This document shows positions 19,808-32,473 of a DNA stretch of 33,209 nucleotides, one piece after another (position 1 is the first letter of the stretch; each line of letters begins with the position of its first letter). This stretch comes from Blastocystis sp. subtype 4 (lineage: Eukaryota). The DNA lies in contig NW_014569450.1 in NCBI RefSeq assembly GCF_000743755.1, positions 1-33,209 on the forward strand, written 5' to 3'. Position numbers and translations under genes: made by a program. The notes beneath the pieces were generated by a model that ran no database searches, was not told where the DNA came from, and saw only the letters and a list, made by a program, of their open reading frames with translations.

Positions 19808-22748
19808 ATGAGCGTGGTTCGATCATTTTTAATTGTTCTGCTCCTTACAGTGGTGTCATCTTATTCTTGTAGTCTTGATTCTTTTTGTATATGTCTAGTG
19901 GGTGATGACGCTGAAGAGATTGTGCTTCCCAAGAATATTCCTAGTAATGGAACCATTCCTGCAGCAGGAAAACTTACTTTTGTAACGCCTGGTCTTACCG
20001 ATTGGCGCTATGTTATTTGGGGTGTAAAACTTGACGTGTAATATGTAAGATGTCTGATGTAATATTTAGGACAGGAAAGCAGATGGGAGAAAAGGTTGGT
20101 TCGGTCAAGATTTCCTGTGATTCTGTTATTGAATTGTTGTGGTACATATCATAGATCATATATAGCGATGTAAAGAATGGTATTCCTGTTACCCGTTATA
20201 ACTTGATGACTCCCTGTAGCAAGAATACAACTATTGAGATTACAAACATGGATTCTGAAAGCAAATACTGGGTGATTGTTGCTGATGTCGATTGTATCTT
20301 CATTATCAAAGTATAACTGATAGCAACGATGTATGCTCTTACTGATAATATTCCCAAATCCACTGTTGTTCCTGGTGACTCTGAGTATGAGTTTGTATCC
20401 TTCAAAGGTTACGTAGGAATAGTTCTTCGGTTTTATTGTAGATTGGCAAAGATGAACCTGGTTCTGGAGCTGTTGATGTTGTGAACATTACTGTGACCTA
20501 CGATGCTTTTGCCTCTACCAAGATTCGAGCGTATGCTTGATTATGGAATCTCATATTCAGATTTGTTGCGAAGGGTCAGCGTCCTGATGACAAGAACCCG
20601 TTGAAGTAGAAAGAGTAGTGAAGAATAATGATTAGACTTGAAGGAGGAGATGGATTCCTCTATGCTTCGTTGCATCGTGGTATGGATCTGTTCTGTAATG
20701 ATTGCAATTTGTATGTGGGCGTGATGGTGGAGAAGCCAATGAAGGACATTGTGCACTTCTCAGTTAATTTCCTCGTTGACCGTGACATCGTATATCTTCA
20801 GAACAATGAGGCTATAGAAGCAGTAGTGGAGCCTGATTCTCATGGTCAACACTTTATCATTGATCTTCGTAACCTGGAGTATGATTCTGATTTGTACATT
20901 GGCATTCAGAAGCTCAATGAATTTGATACCACTCTGACATTGGATGTTAGTCTAACTGTTGGTATATCCTCTTCATTTCATTTCTAGTCTTTTGATGATG
21001 GTGAATGGGATACTGTGAAGTCTGTTGATCTTCAAGGAGCAGGCCTGCGCGAATGGGGTATTCATCGTACAGAGGACTGTTTCCGTGTGGGTGGAGTTTA
21101 TTACATTCGAGTAACAAGCCAACCGTACGTCTCAGTCCCATGTAAGTTCTCAATTGTCTATCGAATCACGCGAGTTCCTGCAAACTATCTTTATCTTGGC
21201 AAGACACATCGTTCGATTAGTAAGAATACTGGTGTTGGTATTTCATACTATCGAATCAACATTCCAAAGGAGTCATTTGTTGATGTTCAATCTGTGAAAG
21301 TCACAATGACCAATATTAGTTATACGTACAATCCTGGACCAGTATACTGTCTTGGCTTCGATGTATATCTTGGTAAGCAAGCATCTCAGGCTCTGATTAA
21401 CAATCCTAAGGATCCTTCCACTTATACATTCACTCAGTATATGGCTTATAAGACTAGTGAGAGTTTTGTGCTTACAGAGAATGAGGAAGGATGGTGTACA
21501 GATTGTACCTTCGGATTCTCGATTCGTACTACAAATGAAACTCAGTGGACAGTTACTGCTGAATTAGGGTTTGGTATGAGTAATTGTATTCAATGATTTG
21601 TAGTTCCTTTCATGATACGTCCTAATGAGCCGAAGAAGGGTAGTTTGAAGGCATTCACAGGAGGTATAGAAACCTATTTCTATCTCCATTTGAGTGAGTA
21701 TCGTGCTGTTGAAATTGCTGTACAGCGAGAGAAGGAAAAGGATCCCAATGTGGTGTTGTATGTTTCTACCAGTCCTCATGCTTCCATTACCAATCACTTC
21801 TGGACTGATTCAACACAAGCAGATAGTCGTGCTGAGATTGAGTTGACACAGGATCATCCTGCTTATTGTACTGACTGTTATTATTACATTGGTATCTATT
21901 ACATGGATGAGGTGCAGGAGAGTGATGATACTGAAATCACTGTATCTGTGAATTGTCCTGATAATGTATGTCGTGTGTGCGATAAAGAGGGATTGGATCC
22001 GGCCACAGATTGTATGGAATGTCTACCAGGCTTCTATGGTGAGAATTGTCAGATGTGTCCTCCTTGTAATCATGGTACTTGTGTTGATGGTAAGCGTGGT
22101 ACTGGACAGTGCTTATGTGATGAGGGATGGGGTCCTGAGGGTCAGTGTAATGAATGTACAGAGAATCACTATGGTCTCCAATGTCTTGAATGTGAGTCAT
22201 GCAATGATCACGGAGTATGTGATGCTGGTCTTAAGGGTACTGGTGAGTGTAAATGTGAGACCAATTTCGATCCTCGTACTCGTTGTGAGAATTGTGCTCG
22301 AGGTTATTTCGGTATTACTTGTGAAGGAGAGTGCATGAAGACAGAGAATGGAGTATGCGATAATCATGGCCGTTGTGATGATATGATGATGGGAGATGGT
22401 CGTTGTCATTGTGATGAAGGTCGTGTTGGATTGAAGTGTGATACGGAGTATGATAAGGATGCTTGTAATCCTCATTGTGCCAAGGATCGTGGTGCCTGCG
22501 ATGAAGAGAAGGGTCTTTGTGTATGTTATGATGGATTTACTGGAAAGGACTGTTCGAAGGGAGCATCTAACATTTGGATTACTATCTCCATATCTCTGAT
22601 GCTTGTGATTATTGTTATTGTGCTGGTCGTTGTGGTTATGAAGGTATGTAAGATGGACAAGGTGAAGCAACGTAAGACACCCAAGAAGAGCAGCCAGAAA
22701 GAAGCGTTGTTAAGTAAACCTGATGACATCTACTCTGGAGTACATTAA
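19808..22748 (+). CDS. Type I cell-surface protein with repeated beta-rich modules and EGF/laminin-EGF-like repeats
   Basis: Signal peptide MSVVRSFLIVLLLTVVSS; modules ending FCNDCNLYVGV / WCTDCTFGFSI / YCTDCYYYIGI; EGF-type CNHGTC..GTGQCLCDEGW repeats; TM IWITISISLMLVIIVIVLVVVVM; tail with YSGV. Confidence 0.85.
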
Positions 22749-22879
22749 GAATCAAATTGTTTCTTTTCAAATCCGAGGAATTCGGTCTTTTTTTTGTTGC
22801 TAATACATTCGAAACTCCCAGATTTGTTGGATTTCGTACTACACCGTCGAATCTCCTTTGCCTAACCCTCGGCGAGACC

Positions 22880-24763
22880 ATGGAAGAGATGTATGAGATG
22901 TTTATGCGAAAAGGAGTAATTGTGTAGAGTATGGAAAACAACGATACGAGATCAAGAGGCTGAGATCAGGGCTGAGACGAAGGCCTCAATGCGCAAGGAT
23001 CAGGCCGTCAAGCTCATTCATGTTCATTTCGACAAATATGTTGTTTCGTATGTTGTTAAAATCGTTAATAAGGCATTGCGAAGTCGAGAAGCAAATAATT
23101 TCAATTCGGTGATGTTGGGGAAGCAGGACAGTGGTATAACCTTTTTGGTTAATGAAATTTTCATCCGATCTCAGTTTTCTCACCCAGGGCTGTGTAGTCT
23201 TTTTGCAGTTCGCGATGCTGATCAATTCACCTTCCTCTGTAGCTTTATCGAGAATTGTTCATATTTAGTCGAGGAACTCTGTGATCTTGGCGCAGTGATG
23301 GAGTCTGAAGAGGAGTCATTCCGCAGGGATGCTAAATCCAGTCCTCTGGTTTCCATTGTTGAAAAGTCAGGTCACAATGATGTGAAATTGTTTAGTCACG
23401 GTGCTGCAACAACAATTACTACCAATCCGACTGTATTCAGCGAAGCTGAAGCATGTTATGTTATGTGGCATCTTTTCTGCACGATTCGTGATCGTATAAG
23501 TGATACAACTCCTTTATCGTAGTTCATAACAGCCAAATATGCCATCTCGACATTCGGCCTGATAATATATTCTTGACCTCTTCAGGGTACTTGGAAAGAG
23601 TGTGCACTCATTTCTAGAGAAGTGAAGCTCGGAGGATTATCTTTCATCACCAACTTCAGTCATGACATGTTCGGCGGTCTTCGAACGAATTTCCCAACTC
23701 GCAAAGACTTTTTGCCTCCAGAGTATTGGCAGGGTTTGGATCTGAAGGAGTGATAATCAGTAGGAGGGAGAATCTCTTCCTATGCTGTGGATATTTGGTC
23801 AGCCATTGTTACATTATACATTTTAGTAATGGGAGTGAATCCATTTTCGATTCACCGTCTTGACGATCACATGGAGACAATGAGTCATTATCACACTCTC
23901 CCCAATATGACTGGATTATCTGATGAATTGACTCAGTTGTTGTCATCATGTATGAATCCTCGTCTTACACAACGATTAACGATCAATCAGATTCTTGTAG
24001 TTGTTCTGGGTGATTGTTACAGTAGAGTTCATCGTGGTTTGAGAAGTATGGATATAATATCAACAAGATCCAAACACGGAATAGTGTTTCATTGGACGAA
24101 CTACAGGATACATCAGAAATGTCCATTCCAGCCAAATGGACAGAAGATAGTATGATTCCACTGAGTGTAGGTCTAGGAAATTCTTGTGATATAGAATGAA
24201 ATTGATAGTTGCTTCTGTAAGATTATGGATGTGATGTATGGAGGAGTGGATTTTGAGGATTCTGTTACTTTTCAGCCGACTAGTGTGCTAAATAACGGGT
24301 TTGTTTCCGTTCCCTCCCAAGAGGCAATTCGTCTATTATCAAGGAAGAATCCCCGTGATTCAGAAGTTCAACCAGTTGAATGTTCTGTGTGAATATTGAG
24401 AGGAGATAATGAATAGTTGCCAAAACAAGGGGTTCTTCAATTCCGAGAAAGTGGATCTTGTTGGTGTTGTTGGTCTAACAAGGAAGTATATGTGGAGAGA
24501 GGAAAGATAATCCTTGGAGGACTGAGGAATCGGGTAGGAGAGCTTTGCATTGTCAAGAATAGAATTCGCGAACTTTCTCTGTCCTTGATATCAGGAATAT
24601 TGTCTTCACCCAAGATCCGTGCATATTTGAGGTGGGTGATTTGGGCAGACTTGAGATGTAGATACAATGGAATGATGGAAGTCTCTTTACGTTTAAGGCT
24701 GAAACGAAAGATGAGGCACAAAACTGGTACCAAGCGATTCATCTGTCTATCCGACTTTACTGA
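22880..24763 (+). CDS. Protein kinase-like (predicted pseudokinase) with C-terminal PH domain
   Basis: YVVKIV, NEIFI, HPGLCSL, CHLDIRPDNIFL, VKLGGLS (no DFG), FLPPEY, VDIWSAIVTLY; continuous after splicing into KQGVLQFR...WSNKEVYV...FTFKAETKDEAQNWYQAI; TGA 24761-24763; TGTTTGTT 24787-24794. Confidence 0.8.
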
Positions 24764-24909
24764 AGAATGTTTACTCTTTTCTGATCTGTTTGTTTGTTAT
24801 TACCGCGGGGATCTGCAGATATACATTGGAATCGACTCGATTCTGCTTGTATCAGGTAGAGAGTCTTCGTTTGTTGCTTTTCAACATGGTTATACTCACC
24901 TATGGGTAG

Positions 24910-26532
24910 ATGTCGCTGCAACAGAGTCTGAATAGCATTGGATATACTCTTTCTATGTCATCTGGTGCATGGACGGATAAATTGGATGCTATCCGTAAAT
25001 TGGATGTATCTGTGTTGATTTCCCGATTTCAAGTGTAGTCGATCCTTCGAACCGAAGGTCCGCGTATGACAGGGAATGAAATTGACGTTAATATAAAAAT
25101 GGGACTCTGTAGCGCTGTAATTAGGTTGATAACAGTTATCATCGCGTAGACGAATGAAAATCGAAGTCAGGTCGTATCAGAGGCATGTAAAGCGATTGAA
25201 ACGATGTGTATGGTGCTTGGACAAAAGATAGAGTCAATTGCTGGAGACATTTTTCTCTCTATCTTTGAAAAGGCTGCAGCAGGCAACCAGGTAACTGGCT
25301 TTTCTAGAGTGTAACGATTAGGTTATTTCATCCACCATTGCAAAGTGTTGTCTGACAATTGTAACACTTGTGTATATGGACCGTGTTGTTTTACAGATGG
25401 ACCGTTTTTTAAATAGTCGAAGGTTGTTTCGCTCCGCTGGGATGATCTGTAGTGATAAGGTGCAAATTTCAGCAGCAAACTGTATTAGCGTGATGGTTGA
25501 TACATGGCCGGAACAAATCATAAAGAAGCATGCAAAGACCTTCCAAAATCTGATCGAAGTATCTATTATTATTATTATTCACTTCTAGTTGGGTATTAAG
25601 GCTCCTCGAAGTGAAGTTCGTTCTGTAATGCGCGAAGTTTCTGCTGTTTTTGTGCAGAAGTATCCTTTTCTGCAGGAGGAGTACAAATCTGTGGTTTTCT
25701 TCATATTAGTGTTCGAAGTACCTCTTCTACAGCCCGTCGAACATACATGTCAACATCTTCGATGACGAGTCCCGCAAAGAATACAAACACAGCTATTAAG
25801 CATGCATCCGCAGTGAAGCCTTTTACAGCTCAATCTCGTATTTATTGTACTCCAAAGAGTCTTGAAGTTGCCATGAAGAAAACAGGCATAGAACCGCGGA
25901 ACATCAGTAGTAGTACCCAAGCTACACCAATTGCTAACAGGACTCCAGGGCGTGTCACCCCGCAGGGAAGTCGATATCAATCTCAGCCTGTGTCCTCTCG
26001 TCTGGGAGTCCGAAACTACACGGTGTCAACTACATCGAATCGTGCTATGGTATCACCGGTTCAACCTCGTAGACAAACAGGGTATCTCTCTTCCCAGTCG
26101 TCTGCTCGAAAGGAGAGGCCAGAGCGGTCAGCCTCGATGATACCAGATCGGAGTCATCCTATAGGGCCAGATCGAACTCTCACTTCAGTGCCTGTAGAGA
26201 GACAGCACTCCGGTAAGGATAGAGAAGCGAAGTGATCGATAGAATTACCAGCGAAACAGGGTGTTGCTACGGCAAGCCGTCTACCGAGTTCTGGAAATTA
26301 TCATGCTCCTGTAGACAAGAAATTGGATATTGAAGAAGTGTTGAGGAAGTTGAGTGCGATGTCCATGGAAGAGTCAGAAAATTTGGTACAGAGAGTGGAC
26401 ATGATCAAAGGGGTACTTGAAGGGGGAACTGATGAGGAGAAAGCAGTAATATTGAACAAAGTGGTAGCGAATGTGGAAGAAACTGTAAATAGGCTTCAGA
26501 ATACGATGGGTTTAGTGAAGCTGCTTTTGTAA
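24910..26532 (+). CDS. CLASP_N/TOG-domain microtubule-associated protein (single TOG, S/R/P-rich region, short helical tail)
   Basis: WTDKLDAIRKL, NRSQVVSEACKAI, WPEQII...RSEVRSVMRE match CLASP_N/Stu1 HEAT repeats; TAA 26530-26532 then TGTTTGTT 26538-26545; start approximate. Confidence 0.7.
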
Positions 26533-26580
26533 AGGGTTGTTTGTTGATTAATAATGAGACGATACAAAGTGTATTAGAAG

Positions 26581-26586
26581 AAAAAA
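26581..26586 (-). terminator. RNA polymerase III oligo-T terminator
   Basis: TTTTTT on the - strand 1 nt after the tRNA discriminator base. Confidence 0.75.
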
Positions 26587-26587
26587 G

Positions 26588-26676
26588 TCCGAGCTGCAGG
26601 AATCGAACCAGCGACCCTTAGATTGCTGCGGAGCAGCCACTACAGTCTAACGCTCTACCAACTGAGCTAAGCTCGG
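26588..26676 (-). tRNA. tRNA-Tyr (anticodon GTA) with 16-nt intron (26624-26639)
   Basis: CCGAGCT acceptor stem with C1-G72 and A73; D-arm TAGCTCAGTTGGTAGAGC; TTAGA-CTGTAG-intron-A-TCTAA; GGTTCGATTCC T-arm; spliced length 73 nt. Confidence 0.95.
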
Positions 26677-26745
26677 TCCCCTTCAAAATAGGGCTATTTA
26701 AGATAAACATATGATAATGAGGAATACTTATTTCATTTAATTGAC

Positions 26746-28047
26746 ATGGAGGACAGTGTTCTCAACGATCTCGTCTCACTATTGAGGTAATTATTTTCTT
26801 TTCATGGAAATTCTAGTGATGCAAAACCAGAGGTGCGTCAAAGAGCTGCAGAGTATCTTTGTAGCTTGACTTCTACGAAAGAGGGATGTGAAATGATTGC
26901 AAACAAACGAGGACATATTGCTCTTACTAAGTTACTTGGGGACAGTATTGTTAGTACTCGTTCTGTTTTTAATTGTATAGGCAACAAGCAAATATGTGAT
27001 TACAGCTCTTATTAATATGTGTGACGACACTTCAGTTCTAACAGACATGGCAAACAATGAACTTGTTAACAAACTAATGGAAAATTTAATGGTTGTTATT
27101 ATGTTCAGTACTGAAGGATAGGAGGAAAACTATCCACTTGTTAATCTCAATTTGATGCTTTTAGCAAATGTTAGTACTGTATACACTTTCTAGATGACTG
27201 AATTCTAGAATGATATGGGTGCAGGAGCTATCCTACAACTTCGTGAGAATCAAGGAAAGTTGAAAGTACATTATTGTATGCAGTTCAAACTCAGGGCCTT
27301 CACTTGTGTCGTCTCGTACTATGGTTCCTCCGAACTCCCGTCGAGAGTGAAGAAGCTGATCCGTATCAGTATGTTGCCACGATCCTCAATAATGTGACTC
27401 GAGTATGGATACTTGACTGTAATGATTTGTAGTTATATGAAGGTCGTGATTTGGTGATGAACGAGAATCGAAAGCTCATTGCGAAGTTGATTCCGTATAT
27501 CAATTCATCCAATCCAATTCGTCGTAAAGGAGTCATCAATATGATCCGGAACATTATGCTAGATGATTTCTACTGGGACAAGCTTGTTGACAACTGGGAT
27601 GTTGATGGTTACTTGAGGGATATCGTATTTCGTGTCTGTGCGAATCTGAATGGTAATCACATCATTGAGAAGAAGGAAGTTGATCCGATGATTACAACGT
27701 TAAAGAAGGATCGAGAACGAGATGTTGAGATTATTCAAGTGTCCTTAGATCTACTGTTGATTATTACCAAGTATCAGGCAGGTCGTGAGTTATTACGAAA
27801 GAACAATATCTATTATGTTATTAGAGATATGCACATGGGTAATCATTTGAAAGAGATGTGAATTGTAGCTACAGAGAAGATTCTTCCTGAGAATGTTGTT
27901 GATGTGATTGGTGATCTTGTGACCCACCTAATGGCTGATGAGGAGCATCCAATGAAGAAGGAGGAACCTGTTGTCGAAGAGATTCATGAGGAAACGAAAG
28001 AATCCGATTCAGACAGTGGCTATGATGACCTCCCTGATTTAGAATGA
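26746..28047 (+). CDS. HGH1: HGH1 (FAM203/Hgh1) eEF2 chaperone homologue
   Basis: DPYQYVATILNNVT..EGR, IRRKGVINMIRN, RERDVEII..LLLI..GRELLRKNNIYYVIRDMH; acidic tail ending DDLPDLE*; TGTCTGTT at 28057-28064. Confidence 0.85.
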
Positions 28048-28156
28048 TCTCTTTAGTGTCTGTTTCTTGAAGCAACTTGAATTCGTTTGGGTGATTACTA
28101 GGGATAACCGTGATATCCAACAATCACGGTTTTCATCCTTTCTCTTCTGATTTGAA

Positions 28157-30466
28157 ATGGAACAAATCGGAGATGTTAGAGTCTTATATCTTTGTAATAG
28201 ATAGTATTCAGAAGAGTTTGAAGCAGTAACAAGTGAAGTTGTATTAGATGGTATTCTAGGACGGATGGAATAAATCGGTAGTTGGAGAGGAACCAGACAA
28301 TCCTTTGAATGAGTTTGCAACAGACTTGACACTCAGTGAAGTAGAGAGGATACGGAAATATGCATTCAGTTCGATTCTAGTACAAAAGTATATTCCTTTT
28401 CTTGTTTGATTCCGATAGATATGTATTTATCAAGGAGATTCAGCGATGTTGTGAAAACGGGGATTTTGATGGAGTCTACAAGGTTATTATACCAATTGTG
28501 GGTAAATTAGCAAGTGACCGCGACAATTCCATTCGGGCCACTCTCCTTGATCAATTTGAGTATATTGCAAGAGTATATGAATTATTGTAAGATGATTTGT
28601 AGTTGTGTTTTAAACATGAGTATCAGGTGGGAGTTGACGTGATGAACACAGTAATCTTTCCAATTTTGGAAAACACTCTGTTGGATGGATCTGAAGATGT
28701 ATGCAGTTAGGTAGTGGAGTGATCAGTAGGTTCAAAAAGCTTCAATTCGTGCTTTTGTCAAAACTTGTAGTAATTTCATTCGTCAAGATCAGGGTGTTTA
28801 TTCCTATTTGTTCATTCTCAAGGTAGATATCCTTCTTTCAATTGACCCTTAGTTTGCTCAGGATACATTACGAGAGAAACGAATCATTGCATGCAAGTTG
28901 TTTCATGATGCTGCTTGTATTCTCGGATCGGAAGTATTGAGCCAATTCGGTGTATCTGAATTGCTTCTCTTGGCCCAAGATCCATATACACAAGTACGAA
29001 AACATGCTATTCTAGCACTTGGACCTGTAGCAGGACAATTGGACCCAACTATCGTAGAAACGGGAATCTACAATTGTCTTTTGAACAATACCCAAAGCTC
29101 TTCCTGGATTGTTCGTCGTGCTTGTGCTATAGCAATTCCTGAGGTATTCAGTAGTATCCGTTCCCACAAGCATTTCCTGTCAATCACAAAGACTGTTGGA
29201 GAGTTATTTCGTGATGAGTATACATAACGTAAGTATTTCACCAGTAGCAGTCGATGGGTGAAAGAAGCCATGCTTCAGGGTCTGGGACATCTAATTGCCA
29301 TTATTCCTGAGGATTTTAGTGTATATTTGTTTCTTCCATTATATCTAGATCAATGATGATTTGAAAACTCGGTACCATCAGTTGGGAAATGCTAAAGATG
29401 ATCTTCCTTCCAATCTCTTCAGTCGTTGTTGTGCTTTCTTTTTCCCCGCGGTTCTTCGTTCCTTGTCAAAAACAAAAGGATTTTGGAATGATATGAACGA
29501 TCTCTATAACCGTCTTGTGAAGCACAAGGACAATATAGTGCGTCGATCACTAGCATATTCACTTCATGAGGTCGCAGAGATCATCGGCCCCAGTAACACG
29601 GAAAAGTACTTACTGAAAGTGCAATCTTGTTTTCTGGTGGATACAGTCGATGTTCAAATGGGGGTGATCAAGAATCTGGCGAAATTCTGGAAAGTGCTGA
29701 GTCCAAAGTGTCGTGTCGTAGAAGCGAATGTACCACAAACTATAGATCTAAGATGTAGTCTCTAATGACCATAGTGAACCGTGTGGAAGATAATCGTTTT
29801 TGGAGACTTCGCTTTGAGATAAGCAAGCAATTGAATGATTTCACCGAACTATTTGAATCCAATACTGTCCTTGAAGCCGTAGCTCCTGTGTATATGAAGC
29901 TGTTAGAGGATCCGATGGAGATCATCCGAGAAGAGACGTTGGAATCATAAAAATGAATGAGACTTAGTGCTAAAGCGACATATCGAGTATTAAATAAGTC
30001 GATAGAAGTGAATCCCAAGAAAGGTGTATACTATCTATTTAAAATCATTTCATTTGTAAAATCTACAAAATATCAAATCAGAGAAGTATTCTTAGTGAAG
30101 GCATTAAATGTAGATCTTCATCCTGTGTGTTCCACAGTTTGTTCCATTATTAACTGCTAATTCATTCAAAACGATGATTCGACCTGTAATCTTAGTTCTT
30201 GCTCAAGATCGTGTTGCTTGTGTCCGTCAGGGGATTCTATTGCTCGTAGTAAACGAATCACGTAGGAATTGAGGTGAGGAATTATGAAAGAGAAGAAGAT
30301 TCGACGTCTGTATGGCTTGAAACGCATAGTGTATCTATTAAGACATGATCCAGATAGAGAGATCCAATCGATTCTTCATTCTAGTCCACATACTAAAGAT
30401 CTTGTTGACGAATTCATTCGAAATAATAGTGTTGAGAAGAGTTTTTTAGATGTTGAACCATCTTAG
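28157..30466 (+). CDS. PPP4R1: Serine/threonine phosphatase 4 regulatory subunit 1-like HEAT-repeat protein
   Basis: LTLSEVERIRKYAFS; CAFFFPAVLRSL...W..MNDLY..L...IVRRSLAYSLHEVAEIIG; FWRLR; LAQDRVACVR; LRHDPDREI; TAG 30464-30466 followed 4 nt later by TGTGTGTT. Confidence 0.78.
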
Positions 30467-30538
30467 GATGTGTGTGTTACAAACAATCTTCAGCCATTCG
30501 ATCTAGTGAGTTTGGTTTTACAAAGCATAGCATTACGA

Positions 30539-32103
30539 TTACTTGTACTCGTTCATGAAGTGTTCCTGAAAAGCACCCATACGTGCAATGACTGAATCAA
30601 TCTGATCTTCTGGAGGAAGGAATGTCGTACGAACATGATACGTTCCTTCTTCCTGATGGAATCCACTGCCAGGTACGGTTACAATACCCGTATTGTTCAA
30701 CAACTCCTCACAATACAGATAGTCAGGTTCCACTCCACGCTTCTTTGCTTCCTCAACCGCCTTTTCAGGAAGCAAGACCTTAAAGAAAATATACATGGAA
30801 CCATCCACAGGATTACATGAAATACCCGGCATAGAGCTCAAAGCATCACATAACTGAATAGCACGCTTCTTCAAGCTATTCAGGATAGCTTGACGTTCTG
30901 AAGCATACAATTCATATGAAGGCTCACCTGGTTTCGGAGGATTTACCATAATATCAACAGCCACTTGACCATCAATATTCGAGCACAGATTGATAGACCA
31001 AAGCTTAAATATCTGATCATACACCTCCTTATCAAAACCCATTAGTTGCATGTAACCACCACGACGACCACATTCACCAAAGAAGCCCTTACTAATACTA
31101 TGGAAAGAGATAAGCTGTAGAGCAGCTGCCTCCTCTCCCATATCCAAAGCCACTTTACGGAATGATACAAACTTCGCAGTATCGACATAGATATTGTCTT
31201 GATACACTTCATCAGCCATCAGAACAATCTTATGTTTGATACAGAAACGAATACAATCTTGCATTTCCTTTTCATTTAGACACTACGAATGATAAAGCCA
31301 ATAAATGACTACCATGCCAGTAGGATTACCAGGATTGATAATAACCATTCCCTTCAGCTTAATACCTTGATCTCTTGCTTCTTTTACTCGCTTTTCTAAC
31401 TCCTCCATATTCAATCCCCATTTCTCTCTCTCATCCAAATAATATCCAACTAGCTTTGCATTGTACAACGTAATTGTTGCAGAGTAAAGAGGATACTGGG
31501 GAATAGGGGTCAAAAAGCCATCAGAGTGGGAAGAAGATAAAAGAAGCAATGCATTTTGCACAGATTGGGAGGCACCATTTGAAAGGAAAATGGTTGAAGC
31601 GTCGCATCTGTATCCATCACGACGCGTAATGAAGTCAGCTACATCCTGACAAATGAGTCCAATACCTTTGCTTGTGCTATATGCACCACTTCCACCAGGA
31701 TTTGCTTCAACTAATCTGTGAGCACGTTCTATTACATCTGAAGGGAAAGTTCCTTCAGGAACGAGGTGCTCCAGTTCTGGATACGTGACAAGAGAAAGGA
31801 CTTGGCGAACAAAGGTTAGGGGCTTCTGTCTGAGTTGCTACAGTTAATTCAGCGAAAATATTCATACCTGAGGATTTCCGATATTACAGTACACGAGGGA
31901 GTCAAACGGAAACTGTTTACCTTCCTTCATCTCCTTCTCGATCTCTTTTGCACGCACAACAATTTGACCACGTACGGCATATTGCGCCTGGATCAACTAT
32001 ATATCAGGATCTTTTCACATCCAAACCTGGGGATTAACGTCTTTTATTGTAACAGCTTGTTCTACTCATCATCCTAACGCTGACAGGGACTACCTGGAGC
32101 CAT
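30539..32103 (-). CDS. GPT: Alanine aminotransferase (PLP-dependent, class I)
   Basis: AQYAVRG, NIGNPQ, NGASP, PIPQYPLYSA, INPGNPTG, ADEVYQDN, SFHSISKGFFGECGRRGGY (PLP lysine), VPGSGF, HVRTTFLPP. Confidence 0.95.
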
Positions 32104-32473
32104 AATTAGTTTTATCAAAGAATAATTGAATGATGTAATCCTCTTTCCGTAAAGTGATTAAGATACTTGATTATTATCAAACAATGCACTTCTGTTCATG
32201 AGTGTAACAATAATGTGTATTCTCCCGATCCATAACCCATCCATTCCTAAAACAGCTTGAGTCGAATTTGATCTATTTTCAGGGACACTTTGACACTCCA
32301 TTGACAGAATGTGATTGATGTGATAACCTTCAAATTGTATGCGCTAGTATCAGGCTAAGCAAGAAGGTCAAAACTCAAGGTTAGATAGAAACAAACGATA
32401 TCAAATAGGTCACAGACAGCCTTTTGTATAACCACCAAGATATATCCTTTCGCATTCAACGAACCCACTATGT

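Noticed and set aside
22197..22670. 157-aa - strand ORF rich in H/N/T/I
   Set aside because: Antisense to the EGF/TM exon; the composition is explained by the sense codons.
24417..24935. 172-aa ORF as an independent gene
   Set aside because: Its start is the PH exon of the pseudokinase gene; the rest reads through introns and the poly(A) element.
30226..30292. Apparent frameshift near the PP4R1 3' end
   Set aside because: Resolved by a normal 29-nt GT-AG intron (30262-30290), giving ...VNESQKKIRR.
32158..32301. Short ATG-initiated - strand ORF (about 47 aa) upstream of ALT
   Set aside because: No recognisable homology, no intron support, and it runs through a GU element without an in-frame stop position.
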